Source: Catajapyx aquilonaris
Lineage: Eukaryota
Assembly (NCBI GenBank): GCA_000934665.2
Contig: JYFJ02000590.1
Span: 1 to 64,000 of the forward strand
DNA length: 64,000 nt
Direction of reading: 5' to 3'
Shown: positions 13,101 to 27,135 of the stretch, in pieces
Position numbering within the stretch: the first letter of the stretch is position 1
Layout of the letters: every line of letters begins with the position of its first letter
Notes under the pieces: model-generated
Databases searched by the model: none
What the model saw: the letters and a program-made list of their open reading frames with translations, nothing else
What the model was told of the DNA's origin: nothing
Made by a program: the position numbers and the translations under genes

Positions 13101-16100
13101 GGCAAGGTCATATTGGCCGTGAAAAGACTCACTAAATCTGTCATGCCTCTTGTCTGATGGATTCTTGCCGAAGAAGATAGCCGGATTTTGAAAATGACCT
13201 AACATAATAATTAACACAACTTGCTCTGGAAATGGCTTGCATGAGCTAGATATAATAGTTCTAGGATACATCGTAACAGTTATTTACTACCAACAATTAA
13301 AAGCTATCGGTAGGGCGTAGTTGGCAAAAGAATTCAGGGTGCTAAAACGGAATGGGAATTGTCCCAGCTCCCAAATACATGTGTCTCTGCTTCTACACTA
13401 GATTCATTCAGCTCAGCCTGGTTGTGCTAATGGACTCTATTAGATCTTCGCTTAAGCCTTACACCGCTATTAAAAATTACGTTTAAGTTGATGTGCCATG
13501 AAAACTGGGCCCGGGGATTCCGGGGGTGTTTTAAAGAATGGGTCGTTACTGTCTGCATACCCTGGGCTCCTAAATCTAGTCATAGTCAACGAGCCGCGGA
13601 GAGAAGGGAAAGGCAGGGGAAAAAATCGGATTCACAACAGAGACGATTTTTTCCCCCCTCCACACTCTTAAGCCAGAAACTCAACATTACGACACTGATA
13701 CTTCCAGCAGGGTTTATCCGTCTGGTGAGAGTTAACACTTGAGGGATTTTCCAACCTGCAGCATGTGTCCTGCCACCCAGCATCACGGGGAACGTTTTCG
13801 ATGAAAAGCCTTCGGGGTCTGTGTATAGGACCAGCATTCACCCGCAGAATGGCCCTTGGTGGTATTAAGAACCGAGTCTCCCCTTGGACACCCTGTTAAT
13901 GCCCCTAGATTAGTGGCTTAGTCTGGCGACGCACCCAGACCCCCCAGTACAGTATATACCAACTCTGCTCTTCAAAACCTACTTCAGCAGGATCACCGGC
14001 TCTTTTCAAATCGCCGGCCAATACCAGGCCTTATGAGTTTGGAGCCTTTTGTTCACGTGGAAGCTGCAAGTGAGCTTTGACTCGAGCATTATTGTTGGGG
14101 ATGACATCATGTGAGGTATTGCGGACGCAGGGTTTAAGGACATGTCTATAGGATGAAACTGTTCTGCAGAGAAAAAGTAGCTAAAACTACACAGAATGTC
14201 AGCCAGCTACTATTACCTATATGGTACACCTAAGATAATGACATCATATTTACTCACATCCCACCTGCCTATATGCCAGATTCTCAAAAATTTCCTGGAT
14301 ACACGCCGGCCGGCATACCTGTATGAAAAAGAATCAATGAAACCTCATCGATGCGGCGGTGTTGAATCCGTGTGAATTACCAACTACTTAGCATTAGGGG
14401 CAGCGATTTTTGGATGCAGTTTTTGGCTCATGACAGTGGAATAACCGCGGAATAACATGTTAGTCAAAAATGAAACTCGTGTTTTACACACATCACCTGA
14501 AGTTTTCCCTTATAATCAATAATAAATTCATAACACCAGTTGGGCCGACAATATTGATACTACCATTGCATAGTATATAATATGAAACTGGAATTTAAAT
14601 TTATGCAATGTTCTGCTAATTTATTTAATCTCTAGCTCTTTCTCTAACCGCATTCGGATTTAGCTGATAGATTGTGAAATGGTGGAAGTAATAGTCATTT
14701 TTTGACTCTCGCGGGATCAGTCTGTACTTATACCGAATGGGCTGTGTTGTCGACTTGTACCTATTTTAGACCCACGTGACTCGTAAGTGAAGGTCATTCT
14801 TGTCCGCTAGACAATGGAGGCCTGTGACAGCCCGTCATTTCCCGAAAGCCATACATTACGTGAATAAATGAAATGGGCCGCATTCATAATTAAACCAGGT
14901 ATGGCGACTGTCAGAAAAATTACAGTGCACACTTACCGAGCATTAATTTGAATAAAACAACCCCGGTCTTATATTTGGTTTAAACAATATTTTCACTCAT
15001 TACTCAGTGACAACCATGTTTTTTTCTAAAGTAATTTGCAATTTATATGACATTACGTAAAATCAACATTATTCTTGCTCCTTCAATGACCCTCATTGTC
15101 GTTCCTCTTGCGTCCATGAAGCGTCGGCCATTTTTATATATTAGCTATTTAACATGCGCTCTCGTCTCCGGCGCGCTACGCCGAGTGATTTGCAAATCTA
15201 TACTGCATAATCTGTTCGGATTGAAGAGAGCGCCATATGCGGGGGACAGTGTGGTGCGGCATTGTAACGAAGTGACGATAAAGTACACTGAATAATCTGA
15301 CGTCCTCTCGTTGATGCTTCATCGCCGTTTGATTGCCCGTGGTGGTGGTGTGGAGGGAGGGGGTAAAAAAAAGCGCACGGCATTTAACTTGTCTGTGTGT
15401 TTTGCTCTTCAGTAATTAAAAGCTTGACGTACACCGGCAGGGTTTCCGCTATGCTAATTAGTCAGTGTTCAATATGCAGAAAGCGTTATGCACCGGCTAG
15501 GTAATCCCCATGGCTGATGGTTTTTGACCACAGGTGCAAGTCCAATGATTTCACGTCACGCTTCTCGCAAATCCACTTCAGTGACCTAACTCTTCTTTAA
15601 GACGAGATGTCTTTGTCCCATCATAATAGAGAGGAAGACATCGCAAATGATGGCGTAAAAGAAACTTACTCTGAAAACACGAGCGCCTATGTAACCGCAT
15701 TTAAAAAGCTGTAAGCGTTGAAATTAATCCGCCTAATATATTCCCGTTTGCTCAGGTTAAACCGGGCAGAAATTCCTATGTCAACAGTGGCTTCAAAAGT
15801 CTGCGCCCCCAGTATATAGTAGGCCTGTAAGAGATGAAAGGTGAAGCCTGACAGAGCTGCTTTTTCCCTTAACCTCTAGCGATTTGCAGAAGCGGCTTCG
15901 AATGTACACCTTTGCGACCATGAACCAGATCTGATATTAATGGTCCCAAAAAGAAGTCCTTATAAAAATGTGCTTCTCTAGTCACCGAGACATTAATTCT
16001 GTTTGCTCTCTAAATCAGTGATTCGAGTCAATGCACACGGAAATTCTAAACCTTCTCTCTCCTTCCCAAGGAAAATTGAGTTTCACGGTCGATTTGCAGC

Positions 16101-18720
16101 AGTAGGAGCTTAGAAAATATCGGTATTCTAATATTCACCTCGACGGGAGACATTCCTGCTAAAAGCCTGTGCTGTGTCCGCCTCGTCATAAAGAAAAGGA
16201 TATCGCCTTACTCAAGGGTAATAGGTGTCACTTTGGCTTGAAAAGTACTGCCTGTGTGTCGCAATATTGAATTAATTCCGTCAAAAATAGTGCGACGCAA
16301 CAGTCGGAATAATTCTGCAAAATCTCTCGACTTATTACGAATCATAATGTAAACAATGCGACATCGATAATACAAAACATAGACACGTCATGTCTTGAAA
16401 AAGTGATTCAATCTTTCGTAGTTTGAATTGCATTGAAGTTTTTTTCCATAATAATTGTGCTCATTCTGCAGAGTGGTTTACCTGCAAGCTGAAATCAGTG
16501 CCGGCCATTATTTTGCAGATTGGCAGCAGCGAGAGCAAGCGGCCAGTAAAATGTCACAAACATACAGTTATTGCAGTTAAAAGCTTGTGCTCTACCCTCC
16601 ATTTCGCCTGTAAGCCTATTCCACCACTTATCCTACTCAGCACCCACTGAATGTTTTAAATACGACGAAAAGCTGCATGAATCATAGAGCGAAGCCCCCC
16701 TGTTTAAACGCTTATTTAAATTGTGTGAGAGTAAAATTAACAGGTAAATGCCCGCGATATCAAACCCGCCTAGTAATTTAATATTGAACAGTATTTTTTT
16801 GCACTTTTCACTGCAAATTTATACCAGCAAATGGCCTTCCCGTGGACTCCATTCCGCAAACATATAAAATGTTGGGAGTGTCTGATCAAAAGGGCGTACT
16901 CTTAACACGAAGCTAAGATATTTATGAACATTTTACTAAATTAAACTCTCTCTAAAAAATGTTTTCCTGTAGATGTGGGAACATGTTCATCCTGACTATG
17001 AAGGGCAACCCAACAGCCTTATTTATGCAACATGAAGTCTAAAATACAGGGGCAAAACTTTGCTTTATTTCTCTGCCTTTTCGGTCTTTGTCACAGTTAT
17101 ATTTTGGGTTTTTGTTCTTCACTTGTGCCATTGTGGGGGGAAAAGGCGGAGTCGCGTCGACAAAGGTGGTCGAGAGGTCATCCATTTTGATCAAGTGGAC
17201 CCCGCTGGGCAACATACCCATCCCGAATGAGGGTGCGACCATCTGCCTTGTTTCACGTCCATTCCTCCGTCAATGCCAATCGAGTTTGAAGGCGGGCGGG
17301 GAGAATGACATGGAAGGGCAAAATCTGGCAGACTCTCTCTCCTCCCGCACTTCAAAACCTTCCTCTCTTTTCTACCTATATTCAGAGGATGGGGAGGGTT
17401 TGGGATATCGGATCCCCTCGCATGGAGGCAGCAAAATTGAAGTGATGCCTGTGGCACCCTGCCAGTTTCCCTCCCCCATTATCTACTCGGGCTTCACCCC
17501 TCAAGCAAGACTATTCTCCATCTCCCCCCGCCGTCTAATTGGAGCATCCATTTTTGTTGTTTTCTACTCCACCTCCTCGCATTCATTGCCAAGAGTCGTT
17601 GTTGCAAGCATTGTGGAAGCGCAGCCCCTAAAAAACTGCGGGCTCTCTCAAATGAGATTACTATCCGGTCCCCAATTTATGAGAGATGGAAGTAAACACT
17701 CAGACAAGCGCAATTTACCTTGGAGGGGTTGAGGAGTACTAATTGTTTTAATGTTTGCCTCACCGAAGCTCCTTAGCACTGTTCTAGACGTATTGGCACT
17801 GCCATCTACTCCAGATTAATCATCAGCTTGACAGAAGGCGGCTTGTGCAAAGATTAAGAGTCAGCACAAAAATAATGGCTACAATTTCATCTGACAAAAT
17901 TCTTCAGAGTGAATGGACTTCAAAATGTCTGCACTTGTATTTCCACTGAACAAACCAGCCAAAAAAATTCGCATACTGCAGCAACAATCGCCATATCCGC
18001 TTCAAAATTCCAAAACGCGCAGAAATCCCAGTGGCTGCTCCCCCCCCCTCCCCCGGTGCTTTTTCATCCCTTGTCCTTTTCATCAGCCAGGACATTAGCT
18101 ACATGTACCGGCACTCAATTATCCACGTCAGTATTAATTGGATTATTAAAGATGCAGATCCAGTTAGGGTCCGGACGACCGCGGATGCCGAGTGCGAATT
18201 GAGCATATGGACCATAATCAGCTGCGTGTATGCTCAGCGGATGATGGATGCGAGCAAGAATGTTAGCAGCTCGAGTGCCGCCAAGGTTCATTACAGATTA
18301 TGCCCGCCCATAATAATTAATGACTCGATTATTGACGATCCACTTCACATCCACAATGCCTCCGGTTTTGAAAATGAAAACGATCAAACCTTGCCACCTT
18401 GCTGCTTAATCCCACCAAGACAATTACCCTCCCCCCAATATTTGACGTTGTCTGCGGGCACACAGTTCAATTATTGCGGCTCCGAGCCCGCGCCCCAGAA
18501 TTGAGTTTCATTGTCGTATATTACATCCCCGTTTTTTTAAACAGCGAGCCAGTGCCGCTCGCAAAAAAAAAATATTCATACTTTCCGCAGCGATAGTTTG
18601 TCGGCATTGCACAGATGGACGCTCAGGCAAAGACCGCAACCAAACCGCGGGGGTTGGCCGCAACAGCCGCCGAAGTGGTATGCATCTTTTATTTGCCTTT
18701 AGTTTGCGGAGCCTCCGGAG

Positions 18721-18746
18721 CTCTCTCTCTCTCTCTCTCTCTCTCT
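18721..18746. repeat. (CT)13 microsatellite
   Basis: Read directly from the sequence. Confidence 0.95.
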
Positions 18747-21700
18747 GGCAGAGCTCTTTTCCTATGCCGGCTGCTGGTCAGGAGACCACAAATCGAAGCC
18801 CCGGCCTAGTGATGAATACCCTGGGGTGGTCCGCAGGCCCCTAGATAACTGCATTACGCGGAAAACAGATCAACTTCAAATGGATGAGCGCTATTTCCAG
18901 CTCCAGCACTCGAGATCAACGCAGTCTCGCTGCAATTTTGAGCTCTGGCTCTACTTCTGGTCCAAATTAGCTGGAGCCTTACCAGTGGATGGGGCCTTTT
19001 TTTTTGTTGAGCGTGTGTGCTGCATGGAGCTGCCCAAAATAGCGTGGCTGTTAAATGATGGCGAGATGTAACTTCGGGCGGCTCTAAAAGCGTGTAATAA
19101 CACATTATGTTATTACACATGTCCCATTGAAATTGAATGAAATGTCAATAACATTAATGCCAGCCAATAAAATGTAGATTATTAAAGCCCTTGGTCTCCA
19201 TTCAAATTTGTCATGGCTGCCAAATTTATACCAATGCATACATTTAAAGTTCAGCAACAGCTGGTGCAGCAGTACAGCCCCGCATTTTTTTGCACGATTC
19301 TAAAGCTCAAAACTGCAGACCAGAACTATGTTGGAAGGATTAAGTCTAGTTTTGCGCAGGTCCTCCCTTCCACCTAAAAAAAGGAAACGTATAAATGAAA
19401 CCTAGACAAACGTACTTGTTCTGCAGCAAACCTCCACTTGTTCCTGCAGAGCTCCGGAAAAGCGAAACCTGCCCTGTGTTATCGTCTTTGCTACAATGCA
19501 TCTCGTGTTTGCTGAATCCAGGGGGTTTGTTTTCGCTTGGGTTTCACGGATGAAGGCATCGCAAGGCAAAGGCAGACTGGGAACGGAAGACAGACAGCGA
19601 GCAGGAAAAGCTCCAGGACTCCTGCAGCTAAACCCCAGGTTGTTACAGATAGTCCTTATTGCATTTTTGTGAAAAAGGCAAAGGCGCCAAAACGACACAT
19701 TGTGAGCGTGTTTCGTTTCCAAAAAAAAAATCATTTTTAAAAGGTTGGGTGCAACTAATAAGCGCTGTTCACTATAAGGGAAAGTCTGGATGCCAAAAGG
19801 CGACTTGAAAAATGCGCCAATGGTCGCAACAAAAGCACCGTGGCCAGCCTGAAGGTGTAGGGCGAACCAACACCTGTATTAGTAACCTCCATGTTCTATC
19901 TAAATGGATTCGCATTAGCAAAAAGCTCCCGGCGGAAGGAATATTTTCACAGCCTAATAACAAAAAGTGAGCACATTATAAAATGAAATGGCCCTCCCCA
20001 GTAGGATGTCGAGAGTGGGGTTTGGAGGTGGGTGGGTGGGGGGTGGACAGGTGTAATAACTCCGGAATAATGATTTTCCATTGGTGTACTAGCCAGCACC
20101 ATGCCCACAATTCCCATCGCAGAAATGCAAGCAGGCGGAATCCTTGTCCAACAGAAACAAGCCTGGCGGATATGGAGGCGCAGACATGCATTTTGAATTA
20201 GTGGTCGCTGCGGTGCAATTCTTCCGTATCTCTGCTGCTGCTGCTGCAATGAGAGAGCCTTTCTCTCTCTGTACAGCCCAAGCTAGGCAGCTTATGAGAC
20301 GCTTCCAGGACACCGTCCTGAATGATTTACGCAGATGAATAAGATAGCCCCAGAGTTGCGCCCCACCCCGAAAGCCCTCCGTGGTGTCACTTGTGCCGCG
20401 GCCTAATGCGTCAGATTCCGCGGAAAACAAGTCACGGGAGCATAAATAGTTGTCACAAAACGTCACGCTGCGAGGCTTGTACTCTGGACAAACTCCGGGA
20501 GGAAAATCCGGGTAATTTATGCGCGTAAATCCGGTTGAAACTAAGCACTTTTTAAATTCTGCGCCCAGGTTATATACGTACGCATAGTCTGCAGAATTAT
20601 TTACATGTGTCGGCGGATTTAATTGGACCGGGGTCTTCAAAAGAGAAGCAAAAGCGTCATTAGGAAATGAGGGCAGAATCCTGCAATCTAAATTTTCATG
20701 CGAATGACACGAGTTTAATCATTATTTCTTGACGGTTAAAAAAGTTCTGTTTTCTCCAACAACTGATAACAAAATTCTGCCTGGGAGAGAACCATTGTTT
20801 GATCAGTCTCACAGCCATCCCTCAATCGTGCAATCCTTTACGGTAATTAATTTCAGGACTGCGGAGCACAACGCCCCGGTTATTGACTGTTCTCATTAAC
20901 TGGCAAAACAGAGGTTTAGGGTAAATGTTTATTGAAATTGGCCTGTTATGTTAATTCGCGTGCGGAAGGCACTGGTCAACACGTGTACCCACTGCAAAAG
21001 CATTGATTTTAATTTATTGTTGCCCATGCGCTCATCACCAAGTCGGAGTTTTTACGTCATCGATCGAGCTGCACCTGGTTTTTTTTGGCGATACCGTAAG
21101 CGCAATAATGAACGGCCGCGCCGTGGGTTTGATCGCTCTCGCATGATTGCAATTTTAATAACCAGTAGCCATATCGCGCGGTGCATACTCATACGCAACT
21201 ATTTTTAAAACTATAACGCCGCTTTCTAAAATTGCAAAGGTGCAAAGTGGACATTGTTGGTTGATATGCAAATTTAGGCGTTGAGAGCAGACACTGTTCG
21301 CTCCTGAATCTTTTGGCAGGTTTTTTCTTCCTTTCTCTAGTCAACGCCTCTCTTTTGAAACCCTGCCTGTAGGGGGTTGCTGCTACGTTCATGTCGGCGT
21401 TAAAGATGTTTGGAGCGAGAAGGAAGCTGGGAACCAGCTTCACTTGATTTGGTGTTAAAGGAAACCCCTTTTTTGCTGCACACAATGCCGTCAATCTAAA
21501 CCCTTAAAGCATCATGTTGCGGCTTCAAAAATGTAGCTAGGAAGAAAATATCAGCGTAATTATTATTAAGAGCTAAAGAAATTAACTTATTAGGTTTTAT
21601 TACATGGACTGGCGCATTTTACCAAATTTTCAGTCTTAGCACATGAGTATTAGTATGGATCACCCTGCACTTTTTATCCATCCGACCATATTCGGCCCTT

Positions 21701-24700
21701 CACATTTATAATCCAGCATCCAGCAGAAGCCTATTTCCAACGCTTGATCGGTACAAAAGTGATCCCACCCGCAACCCTTTTCATATATCCAGTCGCAATA
21801 TAGTCATCTCAAATCCGTGTCATGTCCCTCTATTCATATCATCGTCAGACCGTGTCAGTTGCACGTGTCGGACAACACACGGAAGGCTTATTCTTTCTCG
21901 TTTGCATGACAAGCCCTCCCCTCCTACCATCCCTCTCCCCCTTTCACCATTTTTTTTATATCCATACCTTCGCACCTTCCTATGAAAAAATAGGATTGGG
22001 GGTGATTGGGGGGAAGGAGTTGGCAGAATGAGGCCGCCTAAGTCTTGAAACGTGCTTCCCGGTCCGTCATCATCTTCAGACTGTCAACGTCAAGTTCAAT
22101 TTGAGGAAACTCCGGGGCGGTAAGAAGGAATAAGTTTTTTTCCCTCAGTTCCTCACAATAGTGACAGGAAGGTATTGAAATGATGGGTTGAGGGAAGGGA
22201 CAAGAAAACTGGGAATCTTCACCTTCCCATAATGATGAGGATATCCAACCCTCAAGTTTTCCCTCAAAAAATAATCCACTTTTTTTTTACAAAAATTGAG
22301 ATTTTTAGTTTGTGGTGCGCATCCCTTGTGTCGACTCCGCGATATCCTGCCCAGATATTAGAGGTGTTGTTTCGTCCTTCGGGAACAAAAGCTTGGAAGC
22401 TTGGAGCCCGGAAGATATATTATGGTGCAGCGGGAGATATGTACGAGCCTTTGTCTGGTCCAAGGGTCCATACAGGCCCAGAGATATAGACAAGGGAGGG
22501 GATGGCCAGGCTTTCATTTCCTCCCGGGCTGGCCCCAAACACTAGTCCTATTAAACCTTGCCTTTATGCTGATGATGGCCTGCCCCGCGAAGACCCACAC
22601 CTGCGAGGCCTTCCAAAATCCAACACTCTCCGCAATTAATAACTGTTTTTCATACCCTTGATGGCAAGAGAGGGACGCCACAATGCTGTATCATTTATAA
22701 TGCAGACAATATTATTGTTTGTATCCAACCCTCCGATTGTATAGGCGGGTTGTAAATAATATAGCTTTGTTTTCTACGTGCGTGGGGGCTAATGCGCTGA
22801 AAGGATTCGACAATAATAATGTTATTCGCTGGAAAAGCCTCCCGGATGTCGACCGCCAATTTTATTTTCATGAGATAATGTGGAGCTCAATTATTAATTC
22901 CGTGGGGTTAGCAGCTCACTCTGGTTTTTCATTGTTGAACAGAGCTAGTGCCGTAATTGTCAGAAATTTCCGCGGCTGGGGTCGTGCAAATTATCCCGCA
23001 AAATCCTGCATGTCACGCAAGGAGACGTAACTACCGGTCAAATATCTTCCGCTTCCAATCTCCACATTGCCAATCCGTGCGCGTAACCCTCCCCAAACAT
23101 ACCCATATTTAAAACGCTTTTAATTACGCAAGCGCTCCCGGAAAATAGTGACACAGTGAACCAGTAATCTCTAGCTCATTTCTCATATCCCCCCCGTCAC
23201 GCCCGGAACACTGGGAAAAAAACTAGCCTGGAGGGTGACCTTTAACTCAAACGGACATTTAAACCCCCCTGCTTTATAACGTTACATACTCAATTTCCAA
23301 GTAGTTATTACTCAAGATTTATAGCTGCGAGTTGACGGTGGGGTCCAGTGGGCATTATAAACATGGCACATCGTCACGATTAGTACCGGAAAAAGTGCGG
23401 CTGTAAAAGACGAGAGCACTTTATTAACCTGATTAATGCGATTACAAAGGACGTGAGCAAACGCACTCCAAGCACATAATTAACGGCTAATTTCCACGGA
23501 ATGAAAAGTCTTGGAACATACAGCCCGGCGCGGTAGCTGACAACCCAGAATTCTATAAAGCCCTGTCCGAAAGTGAAGAGCTGTAATTACTGCGCCTCAG
23601 CAAAAATCACTGCCAGCTAATCGTGAGTTACGAGCTCGAGCTTACGTTCATAATAAAGTTCTGGGCTCACCGAAAGCTCGAGCTTTTTGCATTGTATAAT
23701 TTACTTTAATTTGAGCGATGGCCCAGGGAGGGGCTTGCAATAATAGCCTCCAAGTGGAGATGGGACTGTTATTGTACGCGACTATTAAGGACGACAATGA
23801 TCGCATTTACAGATTGAAAAGGTGCGTGTACTTCACCAGAATAAAAAAATCATGCCACACTGTATACACCACAGAAATTTGAGCATCACTCTAATGACAA
23901 GCTGTGCTCGCTTCACGCTGCCATTTCCACCACCGCGGCCTCCCAACTTGGATGATATTGTGGTTGCAATTAACTTCCTCCCCCCCCCCTCCCCCCGCTT
24001 TCCCCTACTCGAGGGAGGGGAGGGTACCCAGATTAAAAACCAAGATAGGAACGAAAATTATTGGATACCCTCGCCCGTCTTTTTCCCTTTAACAGCTCTG
24101 CCAAAGATGGACCAGATTGGCTTGAAAGATTGTCGTGTGAACCCAGGATTTAATTATGGAATTTATGCCTCGTTTCCCGCTCTTTTTTTAAGTGCAAAAA
24201 GCGTCATTAGCGTAATCTGGATGCTAGGTGCATTCAGGTGTGTGCAAAAAATTTGTAATAATTGCTACATGATATTAGAAGATAACATTTTTAAAATCGG
24301 AATAGTGAATGACAGTGTGAAATAGATTTCCAATTAAAAGAGAGCCCAATTTTTGCAAGCTGTTCTCCCTCTGCATAATAAAGCCTTTCAGTAATCGCCA
24401 ACTCTCGTTTCTCCTCTCGCGAAATTTTTTTTGCGAAGGAAAAGTGTAGGTTTTATACATGCCTGCGATGAAAAGTGGGCTGGGAAATTACGCCAAATAT
24501 CGCGACGTTTTACATTAAAACCGCGGCGATACAGGCTCTTGGAGGTAAAAAAAAATATGCAGGACCAGCTAGATAGCTGCGTTACAACGTCAGATTTAAA
24601 TGGAAAGCGGGCGCTGATTAAACTTAAGGTGCAGACAGCACATTGCGCAAAAAAATCCAACCCTGGAGTGTCCTAATTTCAGGTAATTCTTTACTAGGCG

Positions 24701-26376
24701 ATTACCATCCTTGAAAATTATTGCGTCGCAGTTCTATGTAAAAAGGCAGGGCATAAAGTGATTTTAGTGGAGAAAATGTTCGCTTCTCGCAGCCCAGATA
24801 AAGTCGGTAACACGACCAAGGTACCGGGTTGACATCAAAAGGTTTTAAAACCGGGGAGGTTTATTGGTTGTCTCAATTGAAAAAGTCTCCATGTGGGCGA
24901 GACTGATCGAATTGGAGTCTGGATACCCGATGCTGACAGGCTCTTTTGCTTCTTCCTCCTTTTTTTCTCTTCGAGCCCTTGTTGTCAGTCTCGGGTATAT
25001 TCTCCAGACAACTATTGGCAACAACAAACGTGGGTTTTGTACTGTACAAACGGAAACAAAGAGGAGAAGGTTTCACGTCAGCTGATCCGGAATTCGGTAT
25101 AAGAGTGACAGCAAAAAATGTGACACGGCCAATATTTGTAAACAGATGGAAACTCCTGCGGAAAAAAGCAAGAGGACACATGCATGTGGAAATTTTGTTT
25201 GTGAATAAATGTGTGCATGCACATATTCCAAAAATTAAATGTTTGAACGAATATGGACACAGCATATTATGTTTTGGAAAATTGAATATTTTTAGGACAG
25301 TTATATTTAGCTGAAGTAGATGTTTTTAAATATTAAAACTTGATGCATGTGTCCTTTGGCTCCAATTGGTCCAACTCGGCCTCTTTTTTTCGGATGTCGG
25401 TGGTGTGGACAAAGCAATCCAAGTTCACACACACACACCCATACACATCTAGCCTGCTTTTCCGAATCCCCCACCGCGATCCCACAGCCAAAATGAACTA
25501 GTTGCGGAGTGGGAGTTTCCATATGATTCCCAATTAGTGGCCAAGTGCTGGTTAACAAATGATCGTTTCCAAACTATGCAATATACTGTCGCTCGCATTT
25601 AAGTTGATTATCTGCATTTTATTGTTCCCCCCATGCAGAGAAGCACAATGGAATGACAGGTTAGCTTTCATTTTAACTCAATCAAGTGTGTATTGGATAT
25701 AGTATCCTAATGATGTCAAATCGGCATATTATATTCATGCATGATAGTGAAAATCATGCCTGCTGTGCTCTGCATGGCTGCACTTTGTGTGCTTCGAAGG
25801 TGCCGGAGACTGGTCTGGTATGGCCCAGATGTGAGAGCACTAAATATAATATTATTTGGCTTGGTCATCACCTCTCATGCCTGCCAGTCTCTGACCTTTG
25901 GCCTAGCTTTTTATATAACTCAGTGTTTCTATATTATACATTCCTTCTAGTATTTTTGTCTCCTCTTTTTTCCTCTTAACTTGGTGTGCATGTTTTTTCA
26001 CATGCAAAAGTCAATGTACTTGTCCATAGTTTAACTACTCTATGATAGATCCCTGTGAATCTTCCAGAGGCAGTGATCCTCACAGGGTTTTCTTGCCAAA
26101 CTTGTTGGGTTGTGTAAGCCTCAGATAATATACTGTGGCTTAAACGGGCTTTCCGAAGCTGGTTTTCATGCAGCCAGCAGTATTAGCCATCATCGTGTAC
26201 TTGTGTTGTAATACTGCGGCTTAGATAACCTCGAAATATTAGTGGGCAGTATTTTTTCGATGTGCATCAGTACACTTTATTTTTTTTTGATCAATGTGTG
26301 TACTGGGTTGAAGTGTAAAGCCGGTTTTTCTTGCTGTCTTCCTTTTTGTCCCTGTGTGTGAAAGGGATGCCTTTAA

Positions 26377-26503
26377 GGGCCGGTTTCACCGAGCTTGGTA
26401 TATGATAAAACCAGGTTTCTTTAGGAAAATCCCATACAAATAGATAGGGATTTTGAGAAAGAACCCTGGTTTTATCATATACTGAGCTCGGTGAAACCGG
26501 CCC
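26377..26503. mobile_element. 127-bp fold-back MITE, PIF/Harbinger (Tourist-like) type
   Basis: 57-bp inverted arms starting GGGCCGGTTTCACCGAGCT (51/57 identical), 13-nt loop, exact TAA target-site duplication at 26374-26376 and 26504-26506. A TAA/TTA TSD with GGGCC-starting TIRs is characteristic of PIF/Harbinger. Confidence 0.9.
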
Positions 26504-27090
26504 TAAAAGTTTCAATACACACGAACAGTGTTAGCTAGTGAAAGTGGGCATTCGGGCAATAATACAGTGGAAAGGAAGGATCAATACCCGCTGGAAAACG
26601 TAATTCACAAGTGATATCAAGGTTAGAGGATAAATTTTAAGCGGGGATAATGTAAGTTTCAACCTGTTGGTTTTTTTTTCAAAAAATTGCTCCTGGTTGG
26701 ATACAAGGTCGAATTATTAATTCATACACGACTGCTGCATATCAGCTTAATAATTACACAGCCCCAGAAATAGGGTCAAAAGGACATAGGACGCCCCGTG
26801 ATTAGTTTCATTTTCCTGAGCCTTTCATCCGAAAATTACAGTTTTTGGTGCTACATCACAGAGAAGTGCGCAGTGTCATATCAGCAGATAAATTTTCAAT
26901 AAGGGACTTGCAAAATTGCTATTCCCTTTCATAATCAAATCCACTTAGGCAAAGGCTGTAAAAAAGCTCGTCATGAAAACGTCCGCTAACATTGTGTAAT
27001 CGAAAGGCTGACACCGAATGATATCATATGTGCAAGCCGTAAGCTGACACTGTACAGAGCGAGCCCCGTTTATGCCTTTCCTCTTCTTTT

Positions 27091-27094
<4 letters not shown>

Positions 27095-27132
<38 letters not shown>
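27095..27132. repeat. (GT)19 microsatellite
   Basis: Read directly from the sequence. Confidence 0.97.

Positions 27133-27135
<3 letters not shown>

Noticed and set aside
13035..13271. Minus-strand ORF containing QWEVDLG, reminiscent of discoidin/fucolectin W-x-x-V-D-L-G
   Set aside because: Only a short word matches; no other domain residues or supporting exons were found.
17088..17732. 214-aa ORF on + strand (likewise 7281-7817, 20089-20640, 23822-24325, 56117-56662)
   Set aside because: No recognisable motifs; composition is that of translated intron with homopolymer-derived runs; such lengths occur by chance in six frames of 64 kb.
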